From: Hemiscyllium ocellatum
Lineage: Eukaryota
Direction of reading: 5' to 3'
DNA length: 64,000 nt
Assembly (NCBI RefSeq): GCF_020745735.1
Contig: NC_083410.1
Location: 111,872,080 to 111,936,079 of the forward strand
In this document: positions 26,401 to 41,400 of the stretch, piece by piece
Layout of the letters: every line of letters starts with the position of its first letter
Position numbering within the stretch: the stretch's first letter is position 1
Made by a program: the position numbers and the translations under genes
Notes under the pieces: generated by a model
Told to the model about the DNA's origin: nothing
Seen by the model: the letters and a program-made list of their open reading frames with translations, nothing else
Database searches by the model: none

Positions 26401-29400
26401 TTTCTCACAGTACTGACCTGGTAATTGAAGCAGGAAAGGTTATGCAGTACAACAAGTAATTGGGAAGGCGGATGGAATGTTGTTTCTTGCATGGGAAATT
26501 AATTATAATGTTGGGTCAGTTTATTGCAGCTGTACAGAGCCTTTGTGAGCTGACATCTGCAGTACTGTCTGTAGTTTTTTTATCTCGTCATTTGAGAGTA
26601 GACATAATGACCTTAGATTTAGTTCAGAGAAATTTCATGCAACTCATTACTGAGATGGGAATGGGAGAAATAACTTTTGAAGAAAGAGTGAGCAGGCTTG
26701 ATTCAAAGAATGAGTGGTGATCGTATTGAAACAGGAGACTGGATGTGGTGGCAACTAGGAAAATGTTTTTCCTTTGTGGGCAAGACTAGAACTAGGGGAC
26801 ACATTTTAAGCATTTCCCTTTTAAGAAAGATGAGAAGTTCTTTTTCAGAGAGTTGTTAGCATCTGACATTCTCTTTCCCTCAGAAAGCAGCGCTTTATCA
26901 AATTTGGGTAAGGCTGAGTTGTAGAATTTTGATTTTCCAGGGAATCGAGAGTCATACAGGATGGAAACAGCAAAATGGGGTTGAGGCCATCTTGAGGTCT
27001 AATTAATTGGCTGAGAAGACCCGATAGGCCTACTCCTGCCCCTAATCTTGATTTTTAAGTCTTTTGTTGCCACCACGTTTTCTGTTCACCCAGGCCGTTC
27101 CAAAGTGTTACAGACTTTAGAACAGCACTGCAGTGTAATATCTCAAACTGAGATAAAGCAAATTGATAAATTAAAGTTTGCTTCTCCTTCAACTTCCAGA
27201 ACTAGAAAATGACAAAGAGACTGGCTGCTTTGTGGTCGGCCGTGGGGGCTTCCCAAACAAAGCTGGAGTTGTTCAGTGTGATGCTGCAATCATGGAAGGG
27301 CTGCCGGGGCGTTTTGGAGCAGTCGCAGCCCTGCCTGGGTAGGTGTTGACTGTCAGCTGTAGTCATTATCACTGTACGTGGCTGCTTCCATTTTAATCAG
27401 GACTGTTGACTTATATATCCTATGTAATGTTATGGAATGGTGTAAGGTGGAATGAATAGCCTCTTGTGTTGTATCTTCCAAATTTACCGATTCTTATCAT
27501 CAATTAAAACCCTGTAGGGAAAGGATCTTTGAAATTGCTCTTGAAACTTGTGTAACTGTCTGATACTTTGTGTCCCTTAGTTGATTGGGTATTCACCAAT
27601 TCATTGAATTATTTTTGTGTATTTAAATGAGCATACACTATTTTCTAGATCCTTTCACAGTGTGAATCGTTTATTTTCAATTTGTCTCTCCTGCTTGTTT
27701 TTTGTTGCCATATTTGAATTAATTTGCCCATTTCCCCAGATTGCCCCACATTTGACATTTCCCATAGATTTGATTCACCCAGAGGTTCAAGCCTTGATAT
27801 CGTGCGAGCAAAAGAGTTCTTCAAGCCAATTAAATATGTTCAGTATTTCACATCCTATCACATCACATCACATCACAACACAGCACCAATTATAACTTTT
27901 CACTTCTGAAAGTTTGTGCAGCTAAAGAAAAATGACGCAACAATAATGAAAAACGTGTTAAATTTCTTTTATAACTGTATTTTACATTTTTCATTATGCT
28001 TTGTAATAGTGTTGGTACCCCACTGACAGTGGCTCAAATGGTGATGGATAAGAGCGAACATAACATGCTTGTTGGAGAAGGAGCAGTTGCCTTTGCCAGA
28101 GAACAGGGATTCCGTATTGAAGATAACAGTGACATGATGACTGAGGCAAGCTTGGCTGCCTATGAGGTGATTAAACAACAGTCTCTATACACCTGTGACT
28201 GACACTCATGCATATAATGTTTCCACATTAGCTTTGTAGATTTAGAACAACTAGTTTAAAAAAAATCTAAAATGCAAGATCAAAGTTCATTTTTGAGCCC
28301 CAGTTAGTATTTTAGCTTGCAGACAATTTATGCCAAAAAAGTTATCATGCTGCAGCTTTCTCACTTAATTGTTATTCTTGCACAGTTGGCCCTCGCACCT
28401 GTTCTGTCGTTTAGTTAGATCGTGGTTGATCTGTGTTGTCTCTTGCCTTGGTTCTGTCAACCTTAAGGTAATCTCCTTTTACCTAACCCATAATCTCTGT
28501 GTTTGACATTTCCAGTTGACCCCAAGTTGATTTGGGGGAGGGGGGCTGCTGCTGTTGGGTAATAAGGGAGTTGTTCCAGATTTGCACATTCCTTGATGTG
28601 AGCAAATGCTTCCTGTCAGCACCCCTGAATGGCCTGGCTTTGATTTTTAGCTTTATGCCCCATTTTCTTGGATCTCATCAATTGTGATGAAAGCAGATCA
28701 CAAAGATTGCATTAGATCATCTCAAAATTAACACTGACAAAGGCAGATTCAAATTGAATGCCACAGTTGGAGGATTGTGTTGAGGGTTGGATGAACATGG
28801 TTTGTTATTTTTAAAATAAACTTGTTCAAGGATATTGCCAAGTTCCACTGACTGATACAGCTGCGTAAATATTAGCTTCTTGCACCATGGAGGACCTAAT
28901 CAATAGAAAGATGCCATTGAGAATAAAAAATACATCTACAACTTTTCAATGATTAACCAACAAACTGAAGAATTATCCAGCTATGTTGTATGTATTGATG
29001 ATTTGCTTGTGTCCACCCAAACCTGGGAGGAATATTTACAACTCTGAATACACTGCTGAGGCACAGAGGGCAGGAGTTCAGAGTTTTGGATCATTGGGAT
29101 CTTTTTGGGGTAAACATGACTTGTAAGAGAGGCACTGGTTCGATTTGAATGAGAAGGGGACCAATATCCTCGCGGGGACATTTGTTCCAGCTACTCGGGA
29201 GTCTTTAATTTCCTAAAGGGGGTGGAAACCGAAGCAATTGTGATAAAAGGGCGAGGCTGGTAGAGTAGACATGGTTGGCTTATCTAATAGGTGCAAGTGA
29301 GGACTGCAGATGGTGGAGATTAGAGTCAAGATTAGAGTGGTGCTGGAACTGCACAGCAGGTCAGGCAGCATCGGAGGAGCAGGAAAATGGACATTTCGGG

Positions 29401-32400
29401 CAGGAGCTCTTCATCAGGAATCGAATAGTCAAGGCAGACATGACCCTGGCAGAGAATGAGTTCAGACTGATAAATTAAACTGCATTTACTTCAATGCAAG
29501 AGGCTTGGTAGTAAAGGCAGATGAACTCAGGACATAGTTGGGAACATGGGATTGGGATAACAGCTATTACACCAATGTGGCCTAGGGGTGTACAGGACTG
29601 GCAGCTTGTGCTCCAGGGTATAGATGCTGTTGGAAGGATAGAAAGGGAGGCCAGAGAGGAGGTGGAGTGGCAGTTTAGGCTATGGATAACATTACAGCTG
29701 TACATACAGAGGGTATTCCTGGGAGATTGTTCAGTGAATGTATTTGGGTGGAACTGAGAAATAAGAAAGAGATAATCACTTTGTGGGGATTGTACTATAT
29801 TCACTCCAGTTGTCAGCGGGAAATTGGGAACCAAATATGTAAGGAAATCTCAATTATTTGTAAGAATAATAGGGTTGAAATGGTATGGAATTGTAACTTT
29901 CCAGTTTGGACTGGGACTGCCATAGTATTAGGAGCTTGGATAGAGAGGAATTTGTTCAATGTTTACAAGAAAACTTTGTGATTCAATATGTAGAACATCT
30001 ACAAGAGAATGAGTAATACTTTGACCTCTTGGGAAATAAAGCAGGGCAAGTGACAGATGTCAGTGGGAGAGCACTTTGGGGGAAGTGATCATAACTGTTT
30101 TAAAGCTAGTAGAATTGTGGGCAAGCATAGTACTGATCAAGAAGTTCAAATTCTAAATTGGAATAAAGCCAATTTTGACCGTATCAAACAGGAACTTTCA
30201 AAGGTTGAATGAGGGAAGTTATTCACCGGCTTTTAAAAATGAGATGAGGTAGTATGTTCTTGTAAGGGTGAAGGGTAAGGCTGATAGGCATACAGAATGC
30301 TGGATTACTAGTGACATTGAGGTGGTGGTTTAGAAATTGGAGGCGTGTGTCAGCTATAGACAGGTCAGATTGTTATGTTTGGTTAGCATGGAGTAGTTGG
30401 ACCAAAGGATCTACTTCCATGTTGTATGATTTGAAATCATTTAATTGATTTTGATTGTTTCCATGCTGTACATCTCTAAGACTCTGACTCTATGACTAAA
30501 TAGCCCATTTAGTTGTAAACTTCACCAAAAAAGACTTATTTGGGCCCTTCTGTGGAAAGCCAACTAGCACCAGCGAATGCAATTAACAGCTAGTTTGGAT
30601 TTTCCTGTGTCGAAGATGATGTAATAGATTGTGCAGAACATAGGCATCAATGGATTTTAACAGAATTAATTTTGAATTTCTGCATTGCAGTGGCTTAACT
30701 TTGTTAAGGAGAAATGAAATTTGAATTGTCAGAGTGCTGAATGTCTTTGACAGCTTGAGACCTATGTTAACGAAAATACTAGTTTTCATAGCACTGAATT
30801 CTGCTAAGTCGTGCCATCAACTAATTCAGTTTTATTCCAGTAGAATGAATGAGATTGGGGATCAACCAATCAGCCTCTCCTTCTAGCACAAACCTTACAA
30901 ACCTGGCAACATCCTTTTCATGAGAGTTGAATTCACATCCGCAGAAATGTTTAGCGATAGAATAAGAGAACTCTGACTTTGGCTCTGCAACATTTTGAAT
31001 TTTATATATCCAATGACTTAGCAGAGATTGTTATTTAAATCTTTGTGATCCATGCTGGAAAAGACCATTTTTCTTTCCTAAAAAGCCGAGATTGGTTTGG
31101 TGGAGTTAACTGCCATAACAAGAATTTGAAAATCATTTACGTCTTCGGCAGAAGCAATATCATTGCATACGTTTCATTAAGAACAAATGTGATCAAAAGG
31201 GACCTGTCTGATATAATTGTCTGGGAAGATTTTGTTTATTTAATGTAAATGTGTAGCAACGTCCAAATAAAATCAAGTAAAACAAAAATAGATAGTAAAT
31301 TATAGTGGGAAGTGAAAGTGTCTTTCACATATATCTGTTGGTTTATTTTCTGTGGGAAAGTGTTATCCAAGTTGATTATTATTTAATAATTTGGATTCTA
31401 AAGTAGAAGAAAAATGCATTTTAGTTTTCATTACTGCAAGAATCTGAGCTTTTGTCGTCATCAGGAAATCAGGTTGAAAAAATGGTAAATGGGGAGTGTT
31501 GCTGAATAAAGAGACCTTGGAGTACAGGTTCATAGTTCCTTGCAAGTGGATTTGCAGGTAGATAGGATAGTGAAGAAGACGTTTGGTATGCTTTCATTTA
31601 TTGGTCAGAGTATTGAGTACAGGAGTTGGGAAGTCATGTTGCGGCTATATCGGACATTGATTAGACCACTTGGAATATTGCGTGCAATTCTGGTCTCCCT
31701 GCTATTGGAAGGATTTTGTGAAACTTGAAAGAGTTCAGAAAAGATTTACAAGGACGTTGCCATGTTTGTAGGGTTTGTGCTAGATGGTGAGGCTGAATAG
31801 GCTGAGGCTGTTTTCCCTGGAGCGTCAGAGGCTGAGGGATGACCTTACAGAAATTTATAGAATCATGAGTGGCATGGATAGGGTAAATAGACAAGGTCTT
31901 TTCCTTGGGGGTTGGGTAGTGCAGAACTAGAGGGCATAGGTTTAAGGTGAGAAGGGAAAGATTTAAAAAGGACCTGAGAGGTAACATTTTCACAGAGTGG
32001 TGCATGTATGGTTTGAGCTGCCAGAGGAAGTGGTGGAGGCTGGCACGATTACATTTAAAAGGCATCTGGATGGCTATCTGAATAGGAAGGGTTTAGAGGG
32101 ATGTGGGCCAAGTGCTGGCAAATGGGACTAGATTAGGTTAGGGTATCTGGTCAGCATGGATGAGTTTGGACCAAAGGGTTTGTTTCCGTGCTGTACGTAT
32201 CTGTGACTCTACGTAGATAACAACATAATAATAACAGTTGTGATTACTGCTAAATGAAGAGCAAGCTACCTCAGGAGGGCATTGTTGAGATGTTTGTTGA
32301 TGAATTCTCTAACTGTCAGAGAGGGAGCAGGATCCAGACAAGGTTCATGCAGTGGACAGATGCTGCTCTTCACAATCTCAAAGCAGTCCTGGCTGGGAAC

Positions 32401-35400
32401 CATCCTGCGATGCTTACAAGGCAGTGAGAAGAAAACTCCAGAAACAGAAGGCTGTGGGAGTGTTCCTGAAGAGTCATCCTACAAAGCTGTTGGAGACTTG
32501 GATTTAAGGATCCCATGCTAAGTCATAGTCTGAGTCAGGAGTTTGTTTTCACAGTCAGAGGGAGAAACATTCTTTCAAGAAGATAGCATCGGATGAATGT
32601 GCAGCAATTTTCCAAAAGAAAGTAATTGCAGCTGAGCCAGAAACCTTTGCCAGGAGATAGGAATGGATCTTTACTGAAATTTGAATGTCAGTAAGATTAT
32701 TGCTGAGATGAAAAAGACAATGTTTTTTTCTGATGTCATGCTGAAATTGTTTCAATTGTTATTTTCTAATGGGATACAGTTTCTTTTTTGTGCAATAAAC
32801 ATCGCTCTTGTTTTATCTTGAAAGTACGCTCAGAGCCTCATAAGAACAGGTTTAAACTCGGTTATCCTTCAAACCAAATGGGAACCTGAACAAAGGAGCA
32901 AAAGGAGAGAAAGTGAGAAGGGAAAACAGTTGAATGAGTGGATCCTAGAATGAAGCATATTTCCTTTTCACTGCTGGACAGCAAAGGTCCTTGGGCAAAA
33001 TTCTTGTCTTGTCAGCAATTCAAGTCCTTAAGTGGTCAATTGATAGACGCTTAAGAACCTCAACTAACCTCTTTCTCCAACCACCTACCTTGCTGGTTGA
33101 TGGCAAAGATTTGATTGGATTTATTGATTTATTCCTAGTTTGGGAAGCCATGGCCATGAACCTACCGTGTTGAGGGGTCCTCCAATTGACCCAACCTGGA
33201 GGCAGTTGGAGGAACACTTGGTGATTCAAAGGCTCTGAAAATCACCTTTGCTCTTGCCTCTGACCCTCACTCTGCCCGGGGCAGAAGATAAGGCGTTCTT
33301 CGGGTGGTGAAGGAGTGGCCACCTTCAAGCCCAGGGCATCAATGTGAACTCCACCAGTTTTCTCATTTTCCCCTCCCCTCACCTTACCCCAGTTCCAACC
33401 TTCCAGCTCAGCACCGCCCTCATGACCTGTCTCACCTGTCAATCTCCTTTCCCACCTATCTGCTCCACCCTCCGACTTATCACCTTCACCCCACCTCCAT
33501 CCACCTATTGCACTCTCAGCTACCTTCTCCCCAGCCCCACCCCCTCCCATTTCTCTCTCAACCCCCAAGGCTCCCAGCCTCATTCCTGATGAAGGGGTCC
33601 TGCCCAAAACATCGATTCTCCTGCTCCTTGGATGCTGCCTGACCTGCTGTGCTTTTCCAGCACCACAATCTCAACAATCCCAAGGCAAGCTACTATTTAA
33701 ATCAAGAGACACTCCCAAAAAAATGCAGTACAAATAGATCTTGGAGTTCTTATACATGAAACACAAACAGCTCGCATGCAGGTGCTGCAAGTGACTAAGA
33801 AGGCAAATGGAATTTTGGCCTATATTGCAAGGAGTTGGAATTCCAAAGTAGCAATGTCCTGTCACCACAACACAGGATGTTGGTGAGACTGCACTTGGAG
33901 TACTGGGTGCAGTTTTGATCCCTGTACTTGAGAACAGATCTGTAGGCAGTGGAGGAGTTCAAGAGTTTCACTGGGTTGATTCCTCGATTGGAGGGCTTGG
34001 TTTCTCAAGAATAGTTAAACTATTTAGCTCTTTAATCATTTGAGTTTAGAGAATGAGGAGCAATCATTCTTTTCGTAAAATACCTGTTCTGATGGAGTTT
34101 AATAAGATAGTGTGGGGAAGATGTTTCCAGCAGTGGGGAAATCTCAAACTAGAGGAATTAGTTACAGAACATGGCAACACTCATTTAAAGCTGTGATATA
34201 GAGGAATTTCTTCTGGGGGCAGTGAATGTCTGGAATTCTCTACCCCAGCGAGTTGTGGAAGCTAGATGGCAGTAAGCATTTCAAGTGGAGGTAGATAGCC
34301 CTCAAGTCCACAATACTTCAAAAGCTTTGAGCTGGCATGGAAGAGGAAGTGAGCCCTGTGGCACATCAAGATGATCTTATTGACTGGCATGGCTGGCATG
34401 AGGGGCTGAGTAGCCTACTTCTGGTCCTATTTCTTGTGTTCTTATGTAAAGGATTATTGTTTTATATTCGTGGGTTTGGAGACTTATTAAAATTTATGGC
34501 ATATTCTGGATTAACACATCACTACTTAATTATGATGCCGCTTCATTTATAGGTTATAAATGTATGAAATTATATATGCTTGTCAAATGTTTTATTCAAT
34601 AGCATTGCTAGATGGGTTCAGAAGGGAAATGAAAAAACACATAGGCTTCCAGTAATTTTTGTACATAATTTTCACATGAAGTCCTCAGTTGTGCAAATGC
34701 TTTGCTTAAGATTTTTCTGTTTGTTTCATTTTTGATGATTTTTTTAAAAAAATAGTTTCAATTTGTCCAGGAATTTTTGCAGAGTCGCAAGAGCCCTCCC
34801 AAAAACCATGACACTTTAGGTAAGAAATGTCTTGCGTACTGTTGCGAAGTTAGGTTGAGTAACTGTAAATTGGGAAGAAGGCAGTTAAAATTTGGTGTTT
34901 TTAAAATGCTAGGGGAGGAAGCATTGCATGGACCCTTTTAAAGATGGTGCTTTTTCTGGACTTAGAGATTTAAAATGGACGTCTATGACAAGCCACTGCA
35001 AAGTTTGAGTAAGGAGAGGACCTGAATTGAAACATTTGTATTGAAAGGCCGTACAGTTAACAGGCCAATTTTTTTTTAACCAAGACAACAGCCTTTTGAA
35101 TTTAACCAATCAATTTGAACCAGGCCCTTAGATACCAAAACCCTATTAAAATTAAATCTTATGATTTTGACAACATAGAACCAATCCTATTCTAAGAAAT
35201 ATTAATATGTCATCAAGGGTATAAAAGAAGGGGGCAGTTGAAAAAAGACAGAGAGCTAACAGCCATCCGCCAAAGCTAACAGCTCTCAAAGAGAATCGCT
35301 GGCTCTCTCAGTCATCTATGTATTAGAGAAAGCACCATCTAAATAACAACAGTACCAATGACAGAGAAGACATTCCTGACAGATGAATCGACAGAGAAGG

Positions 35401-38400
35401 CGCATAACATTCTGGAGGGCATGTGACCTGGCTATAATTTTGAGGCATTAAATTCGGCTTCTGTTTTTGTGATCTGAGTGGGTCTTGTATTTATTGGAAC
35501 AGCATACCATTAAAATCTTGTTTTACTCTGGAATAGTTAGTAGTTAAAAGGGATTTATTTGGTTTGTTAATAGTTTAGTTAATTTGCTCACTGTTAGAGT
35601 TAGATAAATAAATTGTTACTTGTTGATTTTAAAGTGAGTGTCAGGGATGTATTTCATTTAACAACTAGAATTTGGTGAGTAGCAGGTTAACCATTTTTCA
35701 CACTCTCTGCAGATTATAGCGTAGGAGACTCCTCTTTGGGTGTATTGGTTTTCGGTTCTCAGAGTGGGGGGGGGGAGGTCAGCCTCAGCTTCCATTTTGG
35801 TATTGTTATAAAGCAATTTCCTTATTACATTATATAATTCTAGAGTTCATTACAACCTGCAGTCAATCTTGCTAGTTAAATTAACGTAATCAAATAGGTA
35901 TTGTTCATTTTGCTAGAGCCATGTTTCAAACTTTCTCATTCTGATTAAAACTTAAAGCATTACAGACTAAACCAAAAGCTATTTGGAGCAGAAGGGATTC
36001 TTCAATAAACCTTCAATAGTGCAACTAGTCAAAATGTTTTCATGTTGCCACAAAATGCAATTGATCTCAAATATCCACAATAACGGTTCTGACAGACAAT
36101 GCAAGCAGTTATTTACCTTTTGGTAGAGTTGGTACAATCATTGAAAGATGATGAATAATCTGGAACCTAAGCCAATTTGGCTGAGTTGAAATTAAGTACC
36201 AGTATAACAAGCCTGGATAGTTGGTTCAGTTAGAATGAAATGTGAAAATACATTAATTTAGCAAGTTGAGCCTCAGACTAATTGTGTGAAGCCATGCAGA
36301 TCTCATTCCTGACCTGGTAGAGATGGCAGTATAGTGGCAATCGTATTGGTGTTCATAATCCAAAGACTAGGATAATTATCTGAGGAAATGGCTTCAAATC
36401 CCACAACCAGCTGGTGGATTCATTTTTTTTGGAATACTTTGCTAATTAATAAAAACAACATTGTAGTTGAAATCTCATTTCAGTCATGGTAACTGTGGAA
36501 CTGTCATTGATTATTCTAAAGTCTCATTTGAGAAGTTATCTTCCCCAGAAGCAGTGGCAGCTGGGTAATTGAATTTCTTCAAGGTTGTGTTCAGTTTTAT
36601 GACCAGAAAGGAAACCAAGGGTATTGAGGTGGACTGGGAAGTGGAATTGGGACGAGAACCCAATGTTGCCGCAAGTTCCTAAGGCCAAATGGCCTACTCC
36701 TGCTCTTCAGTCCTGTGACAATTACAGACCCCGTCCTTTTCCAGGTAGTGGGAAAAATAAATGGGGATGAACTTGAGGAATATCTGTATGAAATTAACCT
36801 AGTACATTAAGTCCACACTTTAACTTCCTGAAAATTGCAATTTAAAGTGGAACAGCTCTAAATAAGCACATTTTCCCATTAAATCAAATGTAAAAGCTAT
36901 GGTTGGGTTCTGAAGGACTTCACACATTCAAGAAACCAGAAATTCTAATGTTCTACCTTTAAAGATTGAAGGGCTTTTTATTGTAAACTTTTCACTTTGG
37001 TAAATGAAATAGCTTGAAAACAATTTAACCTTCGCTCACCTTTTAATTTTGTATAGTACTTCCTTCAAACAGCTGAGTCTCTTCACCTGCATCCCAGTCT
37101 TTGACCCTCCTGGTCACTGTGGGCCTTCTTTCCAACCCACTGGTTCAAATACTCCCCCACTTCCAAAAGCATCTTCTTGCTGTTGATACTCTGTTTTGCA
37201 GCCTCTCTACCTTTTAGACTAAGCACGCCTTCTGAATCCGTATTGGTGACCCAGGGCACATATTACATAGCTGTGAATCTTAAGTTGTGGGGGAGGATGC
37301 AGGACCATTTAAACAAAAAACACATGGGTTATGTCATCCCCAGCTTGGCACTTTCACAACCCCCAGAGTTCCAGTGTGAGTCATTATCTGTATTTTGAAT
37401 GGGAATGCAGTTCCAGGCAAGTACAACAATCCGAGTCAGGCAGCACCAGTGTCAGCATGCCAGTGTGTTGGTGAGGGGCAAGTCCATGAGTCAAGCTCTG
37501 AAAGCAGCCACAAATCAGAAGGTCACCATTGGGAACAAGGGTCAAGGAGCAGTTTCAGCCACTGAAAAATAACATGGAGTCCCAACATTACATTGACTGA
37601 ATATAAATTAAACCACATGTCGTGATGCTAAATTTCCAACAACTGACCAATGTTAAAGCAAAGTTACCCAAGACTGGTCAATGTTTTTGAAGTTGCAGAT
37701 CCTGCCTTCCCAACCTTGATTTATTTCAAGAAGAATATCTCAAAGTGGGATATTGAAAACCATCTTCTCCTAGGCAATCCCTTGGGACTAAGAATGACTT
37801 TCATTGTGGATCCTTATTTGACTAAACAGTCCCCTGTTGCTACTGTTGCAGGAGGGGCAAGTTGGATTTGAGGAGGGGGGTGGAATGCTTTGGTTTTGAA
37901 CATTCATCTGCTGTCTGGTCTTGACCTCTCTGTGGACCTGTTGATGCTTATCTAGTTGTGATGACGCATTGGTCTCATTGGTCCTCATGTTGTAGGACAC
38001 TGGTTAGGCCACTTTTGGAATATTGTATGCAGTTCTGGTCTCTCTGCTATAGGAAGGATGTTGTGAAACTTGCAAGGGTTCAGAAAAGATTTACAAGGAT
38101 GTTGCCAGGTTTGGAGGATTTGTGCTATCGGGGGAGGTTGAATAGGCTGGGGCTGTTTTCCCTGGAGCATTGGAAGCTGAGGGGTGACCTTTATAGAGAT
38201 TTATAAAATCAAGAAGGTCATGGATAGGATAAATAGACAAGGTATTTTCTCTGGGGTGGGAGGGCGCAGGTTTAAGATGAGAGAGGAAAGATTTAAAAGA
38301 GACCCAAGGAGGAATCTCCTCCCCCCACCCCCCAGAGGGTGGTATGTGTATGGAATGAACTGTCAGAGGAAGTTACAACATTTAAAAGGCATCTGTATGG

Positions 38401-41400
38401 GGACATGAATAGGAAGGGTTTAGAAGGATATGGGCCAAGTGCTGGCAGGTGGGACTAGATCAGTTGAGGATATCTGGTTGGCATGATCGAGGTGGACCAA
38501 ACGGCCTGTTTCCATGCTGTACATCTCTTTTGGCTCAATGACAGGGGTATCTGAGGCAGCTGGAGACCAGGCGCTGCTGCACAGAGGTGTAGGGTGAAGA
38601 TGTTGAAGCCTGCAAGCTTGTTGGCATGTGTCGGCTTTAACATTCCCTGAAAGATGAGAAAAGATGTGTTGCTGCCGCAGCATTGGGTCCAGAGCCAATG
38701 ATCCCACCCTGGTGCTGACACTAGGATCATTAGAAAGCCCAATCATCTAGTACATAGAGTTTTGGAAGCTCCTCAATGAACTTCTACTTGAAAAGATGCT
38801 TGCAGCCTCATGATGTGGATGCTACAAACTAAACATGGAAGTGGGTGAGGAATTGGCTTATGAGAGCGAATAGTGGAATTATTTAGGAGGGTGTGGTCAG
38901 GCTAGTTGTATATGTTATATAGACTGTCTCAGGGATCGATGTTGGTCCATCTGAATGGCACAGGTTCCATAACTCTCACATGTAAACTGCCAAATTCTTA
39001 GGTTACACCCTTACTCATTTTTGTTTAGTGTATGTCATTGGGTGCCTGTCCAAAAATGGAGGCTGATGAATCTCGGAACAGGAACTGGGAGTAGACCAAT
39101 CTCTTCTGCGTCACCACTCCATTAGATCTCAGCTAACCATTTTCCTGTGCTATCTCTCTATTCCATTACATCTTCACAGATTGTCATAGTGCCGAAGGAG
39201 GCCATTCATGTCTGCATTGCCTGTCTGAGTGTTTTAAACTCGTGTCCCTCTCCTGCCTTTGCCCCATAACCCTCAACATTTGTTTCTGTTTAAATAATCA
39301 TTCAATGTCCTCTTGAATACCCGAATTGAACCTTCCTGGGCACTACATTCCATATCCTAGCTATTCACTGTTTGTTTCTTCTGCAAAGCACTTTTAAACT
39401 GTGCCCTCTGGATCTCGGTCCATTTACAAGTGGCAGTGGATTCTCCCCATCTACTCTGTCCAGGTCCCTCGTGAATTTGTATAAATTCTCCCCTTACTGA
39501 AAATGTGTTGCTGGTTAAAGCACAGCAGGTTAGGCAGCATCCAAGGAACAGGAAATTCGACGTTTCGGGCCAGAGCCCTTCATCAGAATTCCTGATGAAG
39601 GGCTCTGGCCCGAAACGTCGAATTTCCTGTTCCTTGGATGCTGCCTAATCTGCTGTGCTTTAACCAGCAACACATTTTCAGTTCTGATCTCCAGCATCTG
39701 CAGACCTCACTTTTTACTCGTAAATTCTCCCCTTAGCCTTCTCCAAGGAAATATAGTCCCAACCCCTCCAATCTTACCTCACCACTGAACTATCTCATCC
39801 CTGGAGTCATTCTCATGACCTCTTATTCACACTCTAATGCATTCACATCCTTCATACAGTGTTGCATTCAGGACTGTACACACCACTGCAGCCAAAGTCT
39901 AACCGCTGTCTTTTATATGCTCCACGCTACTTGTTCTTACACTCTATGTCCTGATGTATGAAGCAGAAAGACTTGTCGTTATTTATCATGAACCTGTTTA
40001 GCCATCTTATGGCGCACCTTTGGACCAGTTTGGAACCCCGGTTTCTTTGCTTCTGCACACCCTTTAGATCAATTAATTGAATTTAAAATCCATCAACTGC
40101 TGTGGGATTTGAGTCAATGTTCACAGAGCAATATTCTGGTATTAATATCTGGCATTATTCATTAGATTACTCATTATACCACTGCTGCTATCTTCTCCAA
40201 AAAGCCACCAAGAGTCGATATTTAAAATGAATCAAGTTGTGGCACATGAAATTCAATATGGGGAAATAGCAGATCTCTAAAACTAGGAGAATACCATCTT
40301 TAACAACTTAATGTATGTTTAAAAGAAATGTTACAATTGCAGGAATTAGTTAGAATATAATGGACTCCAAGACAAATGTCTCAAAGCCATTTGTTCGGTA
40401 TAATGTTTGCTTTTGTTTGTTATTAGGTTTGATTGTCTTGGATGAGATGGAGAATATAACTGTAGGTATGTATGATTCTGAAGTAGCTAGAAATTATGGT
40501 CTATCTTTAGTCTGGTCCAGAAATTACTTTTGGTTTTACAAACCTGCTTTCAATGGTTTTGCTTTGAACTGTGAAGGTGTATCAACATCTGGAGCTCCAT
40601 TCAAAGACCCTGGGCGTGTTGGTGATTCACCTTTGCCTGGATGTGGTCTATATGCAGACAATCGGGCAAGTACCTTCTGTGATTTGAATGTGCCAAGTGA
40701 GAAAAGTCTTTTCACTTATGTTAATGTTGATAAGTTGACAATGTCATCCTAATTGAATTTGAAAGCAACAGTGCCATAGTCCTTTTCTGACGCAGTGTTG
40801 CCAAATGCTATCAAAACAGAAAATGCTGGATACACTGAGCAGGTCAGGCTACATCTTGGGGAGAAAAACCAAGTTGAGACTTCAAGACTCTGACCTTCTG
40901 TCACCACACACGTTACTAAACCTGCACAGCCTTCCCAGCACTTGGTATTTCTTTACTGATTTCCAGTGTCCACGGTATTTGGCTTTTTGTTCTCATGATG
41001 TAGCATCATAGTATTCAGACAGGTACCTGATCACACTTCCCAAATCAACAGATTAAAACCAAGCCAGCATGAATTTGATACAGTTGTATTGACCTTTTTT
41101 TAAGACTCGTTCATGGGATGTGGACATTGTTGGTAAGACTAGTATTGTTTGTCCATCCCCAATGTTGATCTGCTGCCTGAAGCACTGTAGTCCAAGTGGT
41201 GTCAGTACAGCTGCACCATCAAATGGAGGGAGTTACAGGAATTTGACCAATCTAAACTGGTGATATATTACTTTTACATGTCCAACTGAGCAAGATGTGC
41301 TATTATACTAGTCAGTGCCGAGGTTGTTATTGCATGCTTTGTCCAGCTAATCCATTTGACTTGTCCAGAGCAATTTTTGATGCAGCCTTTCAGAGAGCAG

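Noticed and set aside
34860-35790. Possible solo LTR (TATA-like at about 35220, AATAAA at about 35606); similar suspicion for 9550-10270
   Set aside because: Termini and target duplications could not be defined.
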